From assembly GCA_038831915.1 (NCBI GenBank), contig JAWBKB010000001.1:32001-96000 (forward strand): DNA of 64,000 nt. The letters are read 5' to 3'. The stretch comes from Candidatus Caldarchaeum sp. GTDB taxonomy: Archaea > Thermoproteota > Nitrososphaeria_A > Caldarchaeales > Caldarchaeaceae. The stretch's first letter is position 1, and every line of letters begins with the position of its first letter. A model generated the notes under the pieces. It did no database searches and was not told the DNA's origin. It saw nothing but the letters and a program-made list of their open reading frames with translations. Position numbers and translations under genes: made by a program. Shown piece by piece: positions 1-10,732 of this stretch.

Positions 1-855
1 CTCTTTCTCCCTGCCGGGCTTAAGGCCTGCCGCGATTTCACCGATTTCTGCGTAAATGTTTTCGAACTTCATCAACCCGAGCTCTATAGGTTTCAACACG
101 TCGCCAGCTTCTTCCTTAACTGCTTCACGCGAATCAACTACGAGTTTGGAACGAGCTGTCAGAACTGGGTCTATTTCAACCATTTCAGGTGTGTAGCCGC
201 CTATAGCGGAAATATGAATTCCCGATTTCACCCATCCATTAGAGACTACGGGTGTTTTGGAAGTCGTCACAGTCACGATGACGTCCGACCATTTTACCAG
301 CTCTTCGGCGGAAGCGGCTGGCTTAACATCGTATCCCATCCGACCTATTTCTGCGATGAATTCCTCCAACCGCCGCCGGTCGACATCATAGACCATGAAT
401 TTCGAGCCGGGATAGTTAGCGGCGACAACCTTGAGCTGCCATCGGGCCTGATAACCCGCGCCGATGATTCCCACTTTGGTGAAATGTCTGGGTGCGAGAT
501 GTTTTATGGACACAGCAGTTGCGGCAGCCGTTCGAAGGCCCGTGAGTGCTCGCGCTTCGGCGACGAACTTTGGAACACCTGTTTCAGCCTCGAGAACGAT
601 GACGGTTGCGTTGATTGTTGGGATGCCTTTGTCGACGTTTCCGGGGTAAACCGTCACAAGCTTCAAGCTGAAGATTTTCATGTCGGGAACGAGGCACGGC
701 ATCATCAAAATGTCCCCGTCTTTTGCTGGAATCCTTGACCGAACAGGCATCACGACCTTGCCCAAGCTATATAGGATGTAAGCACGTTCAACGGCTTCAA
801 CAACTTTCAAAGGGTCAACGAGCTCCGCAACATCCGCATCTGTCAAAACTTTCAT
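1..855 (-). CDS. Ornithine cyclodeaminase/mu-crystallin family protein (archaeal alanine dehydrogenase-like), 3' end outside window
   Basis: Not in ORF track. Manual translation from ATG at 855: MKVLTDADVAELVDPLKVVEAVERAY...MPVRSRI...MMPCLVPDMKIFSLKLVTVYPGN; further on RTAAATAV and GSGIIGAGYQA motifs typical of the family. Confidence 0.9.
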   Translation of the reverse strand, partial: MKVLTDADVAELVDPLKVVEAVERAYILYSLGKVVMPVRSRIPAKDGDILMMPCLVPDMKIFSLKLVTVYPGNVDKGIPTINATVIVLEAETGVPKFVAEARALTGLRTAAATAVSIKHLAPRHFTKVGIIGAGYQARWQLKVVAANYPGSKFMVYDVDRRRLEEFIAEIGRMGYDVKPAASAEELVKWSDVIVTVTTSKTPVVSNGWVKSGIHISAIGGYTPEMVEIDPVLTARSKLVVDSREAVKEEAGDVLKPIELGLMKFENIYAEIGEIAAGLKPGREKE

Positions 856-930
856 ACGAGAAAACGGCTGAGGCTGTTTATATTTGTGTGGAAAGCACAT
901 GTATAAAAGCGGTTTCAGCAACTGGATGAT

Positions 931-3243
931 GTGGTGTTTCGCCCCGCGGCTGCCGCGCTGTTACTGGCCATGTTACTACTCTACGTGCCAGCGGAGCCGA
1001 AGGAAAAATGGGTCGAAATAATCAGCGAACAGCCGCTATATTTCCCGAGTTATTCTCCTGTCGAGGTCGTGGACGGTGTTTTTACGGCCAAAGTGCCTGA
1101 ATCAGTTTATCGAAGGCTGAGAGAGGCCGGGGCGCCTGTTAACCGACCGAGAATGTTTTATCCTCTCCTCGATGTCAGCACGGTTGAAATCGGGTTAGAC
1201 CATCTTGCGAACTTGAGCGGCGTAAACGCTGAAGCGGTGGACGGCAGAGGTGTTCTCATAGCCGTCATCGACACAGGTGTGGACTACACTCATCCAGCGT
1301 TCAAATCCAGCGATGGGCGGCCGCGAATTCTCTACATCTGGGACCAAACAATCGGCGGAAGACCGCCGGTTGAATTCGGCTACGGTTACGAATGCACATC
1401 ACAGGAAATAGCTTCGGATACCTGTCCCCAGAAGGACACGGTCGGACATGGCACTCTCGTTGCATCAGTTGCGGCTGGTGGTGCATACGGCGAATGGACC
1501 TTGAAAGGTGTCGCACCAGGAGCCGAGTTAATTGTCGTGAAGTCGGGCGGGCCCGCATGCGATGGACGGAGATGGTTTTTCAGCGAAAAAGGACTGCTTG
1601 ACGGAATTTCCTACGCGGTTCAGAAAGCGTCAAGCCTCGGTCGAAGGCTCGTAGTGGCTCTCAGCCTCGGCACCGACATCGGCCCACATGATGGAAGCAC
1701 GCCACTGGAAAAAGCACTCGACAGATGGGCTGAGCAGGGAATTGTTTTCGTGGTAGCGGCGGGAAACAGCGCAAACGACTCAAGACATGCGGAAGGAACG
1801 CTGAAAAAGGGAACACCATTGACGCTTCGATGGACCGTCCCCACAGAAACAAAAACAATCAGCATATCCTTCGTAACGTTCCATTCGAATCAACTCGAAA
1901 TGACAGTAGTTACTCCGACCGGTGGTGTCATAGGTGTGAAAGTTAACGGGTCAAACGAGGCTGAGGGGGTTTTGGTCGAGTCAACGTCGACAAGAAGCGG
2001 AAGAATCCGTGAAATACTCGTGGATGTTTCTTCGAACCCGTTAAGACCCGGGATATGGAGCCTAACCGTTGCGCCGACCGAGGTCATCGAAGACCGATGG
2101 CATGCATGGATACAGTCAGACACATGCGACTACGAATCCGAAACTTTCATCTCTTCGCCAGACTACGAAATCACCCCAACGTCGACCGTGACAATTCCAG
2201 GCACTGCGAAAAACGTGTTAACGGTGGGCGCTTACACAAGCAAGACGACTTGGACAGCGTCGGGACGAACTTGGACAGTCTACGGAGAAATTGGAAACAT
2301 CGAGTTTTACAGCGGAAGAGGCCCGACAATCGATGGAAGAACGAAACCCGACATCGTTGCTCCGGGTGGAATAATTATCGCAGCAGGCTCGAAAGACATG
2401 CCGAGTCAAAGCTTCAGCCCAGGACCGCGATACGCCGTCAGTAGGGGAACGAGCATGGCCGCGCCACATGCGGCCGGCGTCGCTGCCTTAATGCTCCAGC
2501 TCGCTCCAGACCTCGCGCCCGACGAGCTGTTTCTCGCAATCAAAAGAAATGCCCGAACAGATTTCTTTACAGGAGAACGGGTCTCAGAAGGTTCGAATAT
2601 CTGGGGATGGGGGAAGATAAACGCCGCAATTGCTTATGTTTTTGAAGCAGAATTTTCTGGAAGAGTTGCCGAGGCGCAGCCGACCCTTTACCTGAACGGC
2701 ACACCTCTCGCGAACATTACTTCAGCAGGGGTATCGAAAATCGTTCTTCTCAAAAACACTATCGCCAACATAACTGTGGCATCCAGCGTCTCAGACCAAT
2801 TCACAAAATACGTGGTCGAGCCATCAACCGCGATGGTGTCAACACCGACTGGCCGAAACGAATTCAAAGCCGTGGCCCAGCACAAAATAACTGTGTTGCA
2901 TCCCAACGGCTCGATTTTGGGAACAAGTTGGCAGAAGGAAGGAGAAATACTTGATGTCAACAGGCTTGCTTCACTTTTCAGCTTAAGAGAGCGTGTAATC
3001 GGCTACGTAGACGAAAACGGGATAACGCAGAGAACGGTCTTCGTTGAGGTGGACCGCCCCAGAACAATTACGCTTCTTTTTGAGCGGCGAAACATCCTGA
3101 TTCCGGTTTTGGGATTGTTGGCTGCCCTGATTTTAGCAGGTGTTTTGGCTTGGCTTCTGTTGTTTCTCTACAGGAGCTCTGGAAAGAAAAGACACGACGA
3201 GGCCTTCGTCGACGACGCATTTGCCGTTTTCATCGACCGCTGA
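931..3243 (+). CDS. Secreted, membrane-anchored S8 subtilase (CspA-like subfamily)
   Basis: Catalytic motifs IDTG, HGTLVAS, GTSMAAPH; RILYIWDQT motif; N-terminal signal peptide; C-terminal TM helix followed by basic residues. Confidence 0.9.
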   Translation: MVFRPAAAALLLAMLLLYVPAEPKEKWVEIISEQPLYFPSYSPVEVVDGVFTAKVPESVYRRLREAGAPVNRPRMFYPLLDVSTVEIGLDHLANLSGVNAEAVDGRGVLIAVIDTGVDYTHPAFKSSDGRPRILYIWDQTIGGRPPVEFGYGYECTSQEIASDTCPQKDTVGHGTLVASVAAGGAYGEWTLKGVAPGAELIVVKSGGPACDGRRWFFSEKGLLDGISYAVQKASSLGRRLVVALSLGTDIGPHDGSTPLEKALDRWAEQGIVFVVAAGNSANDSRHAEGTLKKGTPLTLRWTVPTETKTISISFVTFHSNQLEMTVVTPTGGVIGVKVNGSNEAEGVLVESTSTRSGRIREILVDVSSNPLRPGIWSLTVAPTEVIEDRWHAWIQSDTCDYESETFISSPDYEITPTSTVTIPGTAKNVLTVGAYTSKTTWTASGRTWTVYGEIGNIEFYSGRGPTIDGRTKPDIVAPGGIIIAAGSKDMPSQSFSPGPRYAVSRGTSMAAPHAAGVAALMLQLAPDLAPDELFLAIKRNARTDFFTGERVSEGSNIWGWGKINAAIAYVFEAEFSGRVAEAQPTLYLNGTPLANITSAGVSKIVLLKNTIANITVASSVSDQFTKYVVEPSTAMVSTPTGRNEFKAVAQHKITVLHPNGSILGTSWQKEGEILDVNRLASLFSLRERVIGYVDENGITQRTVFVEVDRPRTITLLFERRNILIPVLGLLAALILAGVLAWLLLFLYRSSGKKRHDEAFVDDAFAVFIDR

Positions 3244-3819
3244 AACGGTGAACAAGGGATGATATCTGTTTGCGGGAATGTTGCGAGGCCTTGGATAGCC
3301 TGCGAACGCGAGGTCAAGAATAACATAGCAAGCGACCACGGTTGTTCCACATCGCTCGAGAAGGTCGACGGCGGTTTGTATGGTCGTCGAAGTTCTTCTC
3401 ACGTCATCAACCAAAAGAACTTTGCCAAACTGTGAAGCAACCGGCCGGTCAACATGAAGAGTGACGGGCCTGCCCTCGGTGAAGGAAATTCCTTCAGCGG
3501 TTATTGGCGTTTCGAAGATGAGCTTTGAGGTTTTGTGGATTGAGAAATAGGGTTTTCCCAATTCGTAGGATATGGCGAACCCATATTTTGCTCCGGATGT
3601 TTCGATGGAGGCCACCGCGTCAACTTGGTAACCGTTTTCAACGCTGTGTATTTTGATGAGTTTCGCCAACGCCTGGTAAATTTCAGGCTGGTGAACGATG
3701 TTGAGCCAGCTTATGCGGAGTATGCGTTTCCCTGCCACGGGAATTACGTGAACGGAACTTCCTGTCCGCAACCCGTCTAATACGTTTGAAAGAACTTGGA
3801 TGTATCGTGGTTGCTCCAC
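3133..3819 (-). CDS. Type I phosphoribosyltransferase (adenine/purine PRT-like)
   Basis: IETSG motif and PRPP-loop VLLVDDVRRTSTT. Confidence 0.8.
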   Translation of the reverse strand: MEQPRYIQVLSNVLDGLRTGSSVHVIPVAGKRILRISWLNIVHQPEIYQALAKLIKIHSVENGYQVDAVASIETSGAKYGFAISYELGKPYFSIHKTSKLIFETPITAEGISFTEGRPVTLHVDRPVASQFGKVLLVDDVRRTSTTIQTAVDLLERCGTTVVACYVILDLAFAGYPRPRNIPANRYHPLFTVSAVDENGKCVVDEGLVVSFLSRAPVEKQQKPSQNTC

Positions 3820-3840
3820 GTTTCCAACTCTGTGACGCGG

Positions 3841-4971
3841 TTAATTAATTGTGCGTTTCTCAGGCGGCAACTTAACCGTAGCAATCAGAGCTGCAGCGGT
3901 GAGGGGAAGCGCGGCAAGTGTCAGAAACGTTGATTGGTAACTGAATGCGTCGATTCCAAGCCCTATGAACGGGACGGCGATGTTGGCAACCCCGAACGTG
4001 AAGCCGTAGATAAGTGCTGATGCCATTCCGAGACGCGACGGCGACAAATCGTGCGACACCGCGACCAACACAGGATGCGATGCAAAGAGGCTGAAACCAA
4101 TCAGAGGAAATGTCAGCCATGCAAACTCGACAGGGCTTAGAACCGCGACGGGAATCAAGACAGCGGCTATAATTAGGAAAATCTTCACCGTGTTTATCTT
4201 GCCTATTCTGTCGCCGAGAAACCCGGCTGAAATCATCCCAAACGCTCCTGCTAGAATGGTCGTGGTCAACACTCCACCTGAATATGTAAGTGACTGGCCT
4301 TTCGACGCCAGATACAGCGGTAGATACGTCATGATGGTAAGGTTTGCAGAGGCTCTGAGAAACGATACGCTGATGATTTTCGACAACAATTTCACAACAT
4401 TAGTTAATGGTTCAGGCTTCGTTAAGGGCTGTGGGTTTGAATGTGTTTTGACGACTTTTATGGTGACTATTGCCGCGGCTATTGGGAGGAACAGTAAAGC
4501 TGCTGTTCCATTTAGTCCGAAGAACGCGATGGCCGCCGTAGAGATGAACGAACCGGCTGCCAAGCCAAGGTCTCCGCCCGTCATGAAAAACGAAATTGAT
4601 GAAGACCGTTTGGACGCTATGGAGCTTAACGCAGTGGCGATGGGATGGAATAACGCGGAACCAACGCCGCCGCCAAAAGCCAGAACCAGAAACAACCAAT
4701 AGTTTCCCACGAATCCAATAGATGCGACTGCAACACCTCCCATGACCAAGCCTAACGGAACAAGCAGACCCAAGTTTTTTCTGTCATGAAAATGTCCCAC
4801 GATTATCTGGAGAAATGAAGCGGTCATCATGTAAACGGCTGGAATCAATCCGAGAGCCGCGGTGGAAAGACCGTAATGTGCCGCTAGAACGGGAAGAAGC
4901 GGCGGAAGGCTTGTGTAGAGGCTGTCATTGGCGAAATGGGCGAAAAACAGCCTATTTGTCTGACGGAACAA
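3841..4971 (-). CDS. MFS transporter (Fsr-like)
   Basis: HFANDSLY, ALFHP motifs and many TM helices. Start moved to TTG 4971 to avoid overlap with the divergent gene; start uncertain. Confidence 0.85.
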   Translation of the reverse strand: MFRQTNRLFFAHFANDSLYTSLPPLLPVLAAHYGLSTAALGLIPAVYMMTASFLQIIVGHFHDRKNLGLLVPLGLVMGGVAVASIGFVGNYWLFLVLAFGGGVGSALFHPIATALSSIASKRSSSISFFMTGGDLGLAAGSFISTAAIAFFGLNGTAALLFLPIAAAIVTIKVVKTHSNPQPLTKPEPLTNVVKLLSKIISVSFLRASANLTIMTYLPLYLASKGQSLTYSGGVLTTTILAGAFGMISAGFLGDRIGKINTVKIFLIIAAVLIPVAVLSPVEFAWLTFPLIGFSLFASHPVLVAVSHDLSPSRLGMASALIYGFTFGVANIAVPFIGLGIDAFSYQSTFLTLAALPLTAAALIATVKLPPEKRTIN

Positions 4972-5054
4972 TTCCGCCGCAAACGCCTGAAAGCCGTATT
5001 TGATGTTTACGGACGTCGATGAAGATAAAAACTCGTCAACCAAACCCAATTTTC

Positions 5055-6182
5055 ATGAAAGAAGTGGAAGACCTGCAGGTGCTCTTTCCAGTAGACTATT
5101 GGAATCGGAAAAGTGACGAAGCTGCCTTTCCCGAAGAGTTTTGGAGCGAAGCTAGCCGGCGTAAACTTCCAGGCTTTCTCATACCTCAGCGCTACGGCGG
5201 CTTGGGCAAAACATTGACGGAGCTTGTCGAGACAGTTATCTACCTCGCCTCGCATGGCTGTGGAACAGGTCTTTACCCGTTGCTCAGCAACAACATGTCA
5301 TCACTCGTCATCATGAATTCAGCAAGCGAAAAACTACGCGAAGAATTCCTGCCAAAACTCGCGTCAGGCGACTACGTCATGGGTCTCGCGGTCACAGAGA
5401 AGGAATCAGGCTCCGATGTTCTTTCGATAAAGACGTCGGCGGAGAAGATTAGAGGGAAATATGTTGTCAAGGGCGAGAAAATGTACGTCAACAACGTCGA
5501 CCGCGCGACGCACATGCTTCTCGCCGTCAGAACGACTCCGGCTGAGCGTGTTGCGAAAAAAAGCGATGGAATATCGCTGTTCATCGTCGAGTTTGACCGA
5601 AGGCGGCTGAAGGTTGAGCCGCTTGAAAAGATGGGTACGAATTATTTTCGGACTGCGGCGGTGGTTTTTGATGGCGTTGAAGTTGATGAAGATTTTGTGG
5701 TCGGAGAACTGGACAAGGGCTGGAAAGCTTTGACATACGCCTTGAACCCGGATAGAATCGTGTACGCGGCTCTCGCGGTTGGCTCTGCGTTCTTCGCAAT
5801 CAAAACAGCGTCAAATTATGCTCGAAGCCGATTGGTTTTCGGAAAACCCATCGGCTCTTATCAAGGCATACAGCTGCCCCTTGCAGCACATTACTCTGAA
5901 GCGGAGGCAGCTAAGCTCTTGACGTTGGAGGCCGCTCGAAAATTTGACCGAAGAGAGAGAACAGACGTAGACGCTTGCCTCGCCAAATATCTCGCTTCGG
6001 AGGTGGCGTTCAAAGCTGTTTCGGTTGCTTTGCAGGTGTTGGGCGGATATGGATACTTGAGGGAAAGCGGTTTGGAAAGAGTTCTACGCGACGTTTACCT
6101 GCTCAAATCCGGGCCCATAACGCAGGAGCTCGCCCTCGCCTATATAGCTGAAAAAGGACTCGGCCTTCCCCGCTCATATTAA
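5055..6182 (+). CDS. Acyl-CoA dehydrogenase family protein
   Basis: TEKESGSD, GEKMYVNN, R..FGKPIG.YQG, LGGYGY motifs. Start set at ATG 5055. Confidence 0.92.
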   Translation: MKEVEDLQVLFPVDYWNRKSDEAAFPEEFWSEASRRKLPGFLIPQRYGGLGKTLTELVETVIYLASHGCGTGLYPLLSNNMSSLVIMNSASEKLREEFLPKLASGDYVMGLAVTEKESGSDVLSIKTSAEKIRGKYVVKGEKMYVNNVDRATHMLLAVRTTPAERVAKKSDGISLFIVEFDRRRLKVEPLEKMGTNYFRTAAVVFDGVEVDEDFVVGELDKGWKALTYALNPDRIVYAALAVGSAFFAIKTASNYARSRLVFGKPIGSYQGIQLPLAAHYSEAEAAKLLTLEAARKFDRRERTDVDACLAKYLASEVAFKAVSVALQVLGGYGYLRESGLERVLRDVYLLKSGPITQELALAYIAEKGLGLPRSY

Positions 6183-7156
6183 AAGTCAAATTCAAAACCG
6201 ACCTTTTCCTTTTCGGCTTTTCTCAAAACCGCCGCGGAGAAATACAGGTCTAACGCCGCGAACCCGACTGACTTGAGAATTGTCATGGATTTGCCGGACG
6301 GCCTTTTGACACCGTTCTTGACTACGTAATGTAGTTCAAGGATTTTTTCCGGGTCGACGACTCCTTGTTCAACGGCCCTCATGATGTCTCCCGCTTCTCT
6401 TAACACCGCTTTCTTCAAGTCGGCTGCGATTAGGTTCGCGCGACGGAAAGTTTCAACGTCGAGCTCACGTCGGGTTGGCAGAGCACCGATACTCGTGACG
6501 TGAACGTTTTCACCAAGCCATCCACCGTTCAAGACCGGCTCAGCGGCGTTCGTAGCGGTCAAGACAACATCCGCTTTTTCGATAGCGGTTTTCGCCGAAT
6601 CGACAGCAACAGCGTCGATGCCGAGGATTTTCGATGCCTTTTCCGCAAAAGTTTCCCTATGTGAACGTGTTGGGCTGTAAACCCGCAGCTTTTCGATATT
6701 GCGAACGGTGGCTAATGCGGTTAACTGTGTCCAGGCTGTTCGACCGCTTCCAATCAAAGCAGCCGACCTACTATCGGTGGGAGCGAGATATTTTGCTCCG
6801 ACGCCGCCAATCGCCCCGGTACGCAGAGCTGTAACCGACACCGCATCCAACATCCCGATAAGAACACCTGTTTCGACATCGTAATACATGATTATCCCTC
6901 CCGCGGCTTCTAAACCATGGCGAGCAGGGTTTTGACGATATTCGTTGATAAGTTTGAGGACGAATCCTCCTACGGATAAGCTGTAGGCTGGCATGTTGAG
7001 CCAGACCGCGTCTTTTTCATCGACGTGTATCACCGTTCGCGGCGGTCCGACATATTTCGCGTCATCGTAGTCGCGGTAAAACTCCTCTATGATCGCTACA
7101 GAATCTTTGATGGAAACGAGTTGCTCTATGTGGCTGCGGCTGAGAAACCTAACCAC
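6179..7156 (-). CDS. Ornithine cyclodeaminase/mu-crystallin family protein (second paralogue)
   Basis: RTGAIGG, IGSGRTA, KSVGFAALD motifs. Confidence 0.9.
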   Translation of the reverse strand: MVRFLSRSHIEQLVSIKDSVAIIEEFYRDYDDAKYVGPPRTVIHVDEKDAVWLNMPAYSLSVGGFVLKLINEYRQNPARHGLEAAGGIIMYYDVETGVLIGMLDAVSVTALRTGAIGGVGAKYLAPTDSRSAALIGSGRTAWTQLTALATVRNIEKLRVYSPTRSHRETFAEKASKILGIDAVAVDSAKTAIEKADVVLTATNAAEPVLNGGWLGENVHVTSIGALPTRRELDVETFRRANLIAADLKKAVLREAGDIMRAVEQGVVDPEKILELHYVVKNGVKRPSGKSMTILKSVGFAALDLYFSAAVLRKAEKEKVGFEFDF

Positions 7157-7158
7157 AT

Positions 7159-8469
7159 TTATTCAGCTCGTTTGTCGACTAATCTCCTTGCTTTGCCTAT
7201 TTCTTGTCGCGGAAGGGTCATGGGTTCGACCAGCTCGACTTCGGGAGCAATGAACAGGGTTTCGCGAAGCTCTTCAACTAGTTTCATTCGAAGTTGTTCA
7301 GCGTCTTCAGGCTTCAGTTCCCGGGCCAGTTCAGCTACAATCTTGAGTCTGTCAAGGCCCTTTTCACGCCAAACAACAATCTGATATTCGGAGCCTAGTT
7401 CCCCGTGTTTCAGCAACACTGCTTCGACGGCGCTCGGCCAAACCGCTACACCGGAGACTTTAATCATGTCGTCAACCCTGCCCGTGATGTATCCAAGCTT
7501 CCGATGAGTTCTACCGCAGTCGCAGGAATCAGCGTCCATGAGAAAGGACATGTCCCGGGACCGATATCTTATCACCGGAGCCGCTTCTTTCGTCAAAGTC
7601 GTGAATACTAATTCCCCTTTCTCCTCCGGCTCGACCGGCTCACCCGTCTTGGGGTCGATGACCTCGACGTAGAAATGGTCTTCCCAGAGATGAAGTCCGT
7701 CGTGGACATAACAATCGTTTGCTGCTCCGGGGCCGCAAAGCTCTGTAAACCCGTAAATATCATAAACATCCATGTCCCATGTTTCCGCGATACGTTTCTT
7801 CATTTCCGCCGTCCACATCTCTGAGCCGAAAACACCCTTACGCACCAAGGTGTCCCTTGCAGGGTCGACGCCCATCTCAAAAGCCGTCTCAGTAAGCCGT
7901 AGAACGTAGGAAACGACGGCGCTAATCATCGTGGTGCCGAAATCCATCATGTATTGGATCTGGCGTTTACTGAATCCGGCACCCGTCGGCACAATCATGG
8001 CTCCGACTTTACGGGCGCCGTAGTAGAACCCGAATCCGCCCGTAAACATGCCAAAGCTCGGTGTTATCTGGAAGACATCTTCTTTCGTCAATCCTGACAT
8101 GACGAGGCTTCTCGCGGAAACTTCAGCCCATACTTCGATGTCGCTTTTTGTATAGAATCCAAGTGTAGGAACTCCTGTTGTGCCAGAGGTTGCGTGAACT
8201 TCCAAAACATCGGTTCGGGGAACAGCGAGGCCGCCGTATGGATAAAGCGAGCGAAGCTCGTCCTTGGTGGTGAAGGGGATAATATGCAGGTCGGCCGCGG
8301 TTTTTATGTCGTCGGGCTTGACACCTGCGGAATCCATTTTTCGCCGATAAAATGCGTTGTTTTCATAAGCGTGTCGAACAACCCATTGAAGTTGTTTATC
8401 CCTTATTGCTTCAATTTCTCGGCGGCTCATGGTTTCAGCTGGCTTGTTGTAAAATTGGTTACGCTGCAC
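7159..8469 (-). CDS. paaK: Phenylacetate-CoA ligase family protein
   Basis: HATSGTTG, YGFTE, RYRSRD, GRVDDMIKV motifs. Confidence 0.88.
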   Translation of the reverse strand: MQRNQFYNKPAETMSRREIEAIRDKQLQWVVRHAYENNAFYRRKMDSAGVKPDDIKTAADLHIIPFTTKDELRSLYPYGGLAVPRTDVLEVHATSGTTGVPTLGFYTKSDIEVWAEVSARSLVMSGLTKEDVFQITPSFGMFTGGFGFYYGARKVGAMIVPTGAGFSKRQIQYMMDFGTTMISAVVSYVLRLTETAFEMGVDPARDTLVRKGVFGSEMWTAEMKKRIAETWDMDVYDIYGFTELCGPGAANDCYVHDGLHLWEDHFYVEVIDPKTGEPVEPEEKGELVFTTLTKEAAPVIRYRSRDMSFLMDADSCDCGRTHRKLGYITGRVDDMIKVSGVAVWPSAVEAVLLKHGELGSEYQIVVWREKGLDRLKIVAELARELKPEDAEQLRMKLVEELRETLFIAPEVELVEPMTLPRQEIGKARRLVDKRAE

Positions 8470-8559
8470 GAATTGACACAGTGAACGGCTCTGCTAAAAA
8501 TGTTTCCAGAAAAATGCTCCGGGAAAGTATTTAACAACCCGGCTTGCCGCAAATATAGC

Positions 8560-9525
8560 ATGAAGCTCGTCACTTTTCACAACCCATATCTTCAATCGCC
8601 TCGTTTCGGAATAGTGTTCAGCGAATTCGTGCTCGACGGAAACCTCGCTTACACGGCTCTGCTTCAAGAAGAAGGTGAAGAAGACGCCGACATCCTTGCT
8701 TCAGCACTTTTACCATCAACTATGATTGGATTTCTCAGACGGGGCCGGAGGGCATTTGAAGCGGCTGAAAAAGTTCTCTACAGGGCAAGGGCGTTCGTGA
8801 ACAACGAATATGGGCCCGGTATAGTTTTCAAACTGAATGACGTGCATCTATATGCGCCGGTTCCGCGGCCGGGCAAAATCATTCACACCGCTGGAAACTT
8901 CCGTGAGCACGCGAAAGAAGCTGAAATAGCAAAATGGGAATTTCCCATACCTCAGTGGATTTCTTTCCTGAAAAGCCCGTCAGCCGTTATCGGGCCTTTC
9001 GACAACATTGTGTATCCGCGGTTCACGAAAGAGCTTGACTACGAATTGGAAATGGTAATGGTGATAGGTAGACGGGGTAAATATATTCCCAAGGAACGGG
9101 CTTTTGAACACGTGGCCGGATTCATGGTATTCAACGACATAACCGCGCGTGACATCCAGAGAGAAGAAATGAAGAATGGATTGCTTAATTTTGGGAAGAA
9201 CCTCGACACATTCGGCCCCATGGGCCCCTACCTTGTCACTAAAGACGAGATAAGCAACCCGCACAACCTCAAAATGGAGCTAAGGGTTAATGGCGAAGTC
9301 CGTCAATCAGGCAACACAAACAGGCTGTCCGTCACGCTTCAAGAAATCATCGAACATTATTCATGGGTGATGCTTGAGCCCGGAGACATTATCTCCACGG
9401 GCACTATTTCAGGCGTCGCGGCGTTCAGAGAAAACCCGGAAAAATACTACCTCAAGCCTGGAGACGTGGTCGAGTCGGAAATAGAAGGGCTCGGCACGAT
9501 GCGTAACAAAGTGGTGGCTGAATAA
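8560..9525 (+). CDS. Fumarylacetoacetate hydrolase family protein
   Basis: LDYELE, NDITARD, GKNLDTFGPMGP, GDIISTGT motifs. Start at ATG 8560, about 25 nt after TATTTAA. Confidence 0.9.
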   Translation: MKLVTFHNPYLQSPRFGIVFSEFVLDGNLAYTALLQEEGEEDADILASALLPSTMIGFLRRGRRAFEAAEKVLYRARAFVNNEYGPGIVFKLNDVHLYAPVPRPGKIIHTAGNFREHAKEAEIAKWEFPIPQWISFLKSPSAVIGPFDNIVYPRFTKELDYELEMVMVIGRRGKYIPKERAFEHVAGFMVFNDITARDIQREEMKNGLLNFGKNLDTFGPMGPYLVTKDEISNPHNLKMELRVNGEVRQSGNTNRLSVTLQEIIEHYSWVMLEPGDIISTGTISGVAAFRENPEKYYLKPGDVVESEIEGLGTMRNKVVAE

Positions 9526-9526
9526 A

Positions 9527-10732
9527 ATGTCTTCAGAGCCTTGGCGTGGAACCAGCCACTGGGTCAGCCCATACAACTTCAGCCCCGACGTCGTCAAACA
9601 GTTTAGCTTTCCAGAAAAAATCGAAATTTACGACGTAACTCTTCGGGATGGTGAGCAGGCTCCGGGTGTTGTGTTAAGGGCTGAAGAAAAGCTCGAAATT
9701 GCAAAGGCCCTTGACGAAGTGGGTGTTCATCGTCTCGAAGCGGGAATGCCGATTGTTTCTCGGGAAGATTTTAACGCAGTTCGGATGATAGCCAGTGAAG
9801 GACTGCGGACGAAAGTTTTCGGATTCGCTCGGCTTGTGAAAGAAGACATCGACGCCGCCATAGAAGCCGGTGTATCCGGAATAGTCACCGAAGGCCCCGT
9901 GGGCGTTCCGAAGCTGATGCAGTTTGGGTGGAAGCCCGAAGACGTTGTCAATAAAGCTATCACCCATGTTGATTACGCCCGGGACCACGGTCTCTACACC
10001 GTCTTCTTCGGAGTGGACGGCACACGCGCCGACCTAAACTTCCTCAAACACATCTATTCACGTGTGGTTCAAGAAGCTAAACCCAACTCTGTCGCGGTCG
10101 TCGACACCATGGGATGTGCATCTCCCGAAGGATTCCGCTACCTCGTGGGAGAAATAGTCAAAATTGTAAAAATCCCTGTTGAAGTTCACTGTCACAACGA
10201 CTTCGGCATGGGTGTGGCAGTCAGTATAGCTGGTCTTTCAGCCGGTGCGAGCGTCGTCCACGTATCCGTAAATGGAATAGGTGAAAGAGCAGGCAACGCA
10301 AGCCTCGAGGAAGTCGCGGTCAGCCTCGAACTTCTATATGGCATTAAGCTCGGGCTCAAATATGAAAAACTTGTGGAGCTGTCGCGGCTTGTGGAAAGGC
10401 TGACTGGGTTCCGTTTAGCAGCTAACAAGCCCGTTGTCGGAGAACGTGTTTTCACGCGTGAATCCGGTATATCGGTTGCAGGATGGATGAAATATCATCT
10501 CGGTTCAGAAGCGTTTCTCCCCGAACTAGTTGGAAACTGTCACGGCGTATTGATTGGAAAGAAAAGCGGCAAACATTCGATTGAATGGAAGCTCGAGCAA
10601 TTAGGAATAAAAGCGTCGGCTGAAGAGATTCAAAAGTTAGTTGAGAAAGTCAAGGAGAAATCGTTGGTTAAGAAAGGACCGTTGACAGATGAGGAGCTGT
10701 TGGAATGTCTTCAGGAAGTGAGGCAGAGTTAG
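9527..10732 (+). CDS. DRE-TIM acyltransferase (homocitrate/isopropylmalate/citramalate synthase family)
   Basis: DVTLRDGEQ, HCHNDFG, GIGERAGNA, GKKSG motifs; no LeuA regulatory domain. Confidence 0.88.
   Translation: MSSEPWRGTSHWVSPYNFSPDVVKQFSFPEKIEIYDVTLRDGEQAPGVVLRAEEKLEIAKALDEVGVHRLEAGMPIVSREDFNAVRMIASEGLRTKVFGFARLVKEDIDAAIEAGVSGIVTEGPVGVPKLMQFGWKPEDVVNKAITHVDYARDHGLYTVFFGVDGTRADLNFLKHIYSRVVQEAKPNSVAVVDTMGCASPEGFRYLVGEIVKIVKIPVEVHCHNDFGMGVAVSIAGLSAGASVVHVSVNGIGERAGNASLEEVAVSLELLYGIKLGLKYEKLVELSRLVERLTGFRLAANKPVVGERVFTRESGISVAGWMKYHLGSEAFLPELVGNCHGVLIGKKSGKHSIEWKLEQLGIKASAEEIQKLVEKVKEKSLVKKGPLTDEELLECLQEVRQS

Noticed and set aside
214-929. Plus-strand ORFs of 174, 61 and 68 aa
   Set aside because: Antisense shadows of the minus-strand OCD-family gene (1-855).
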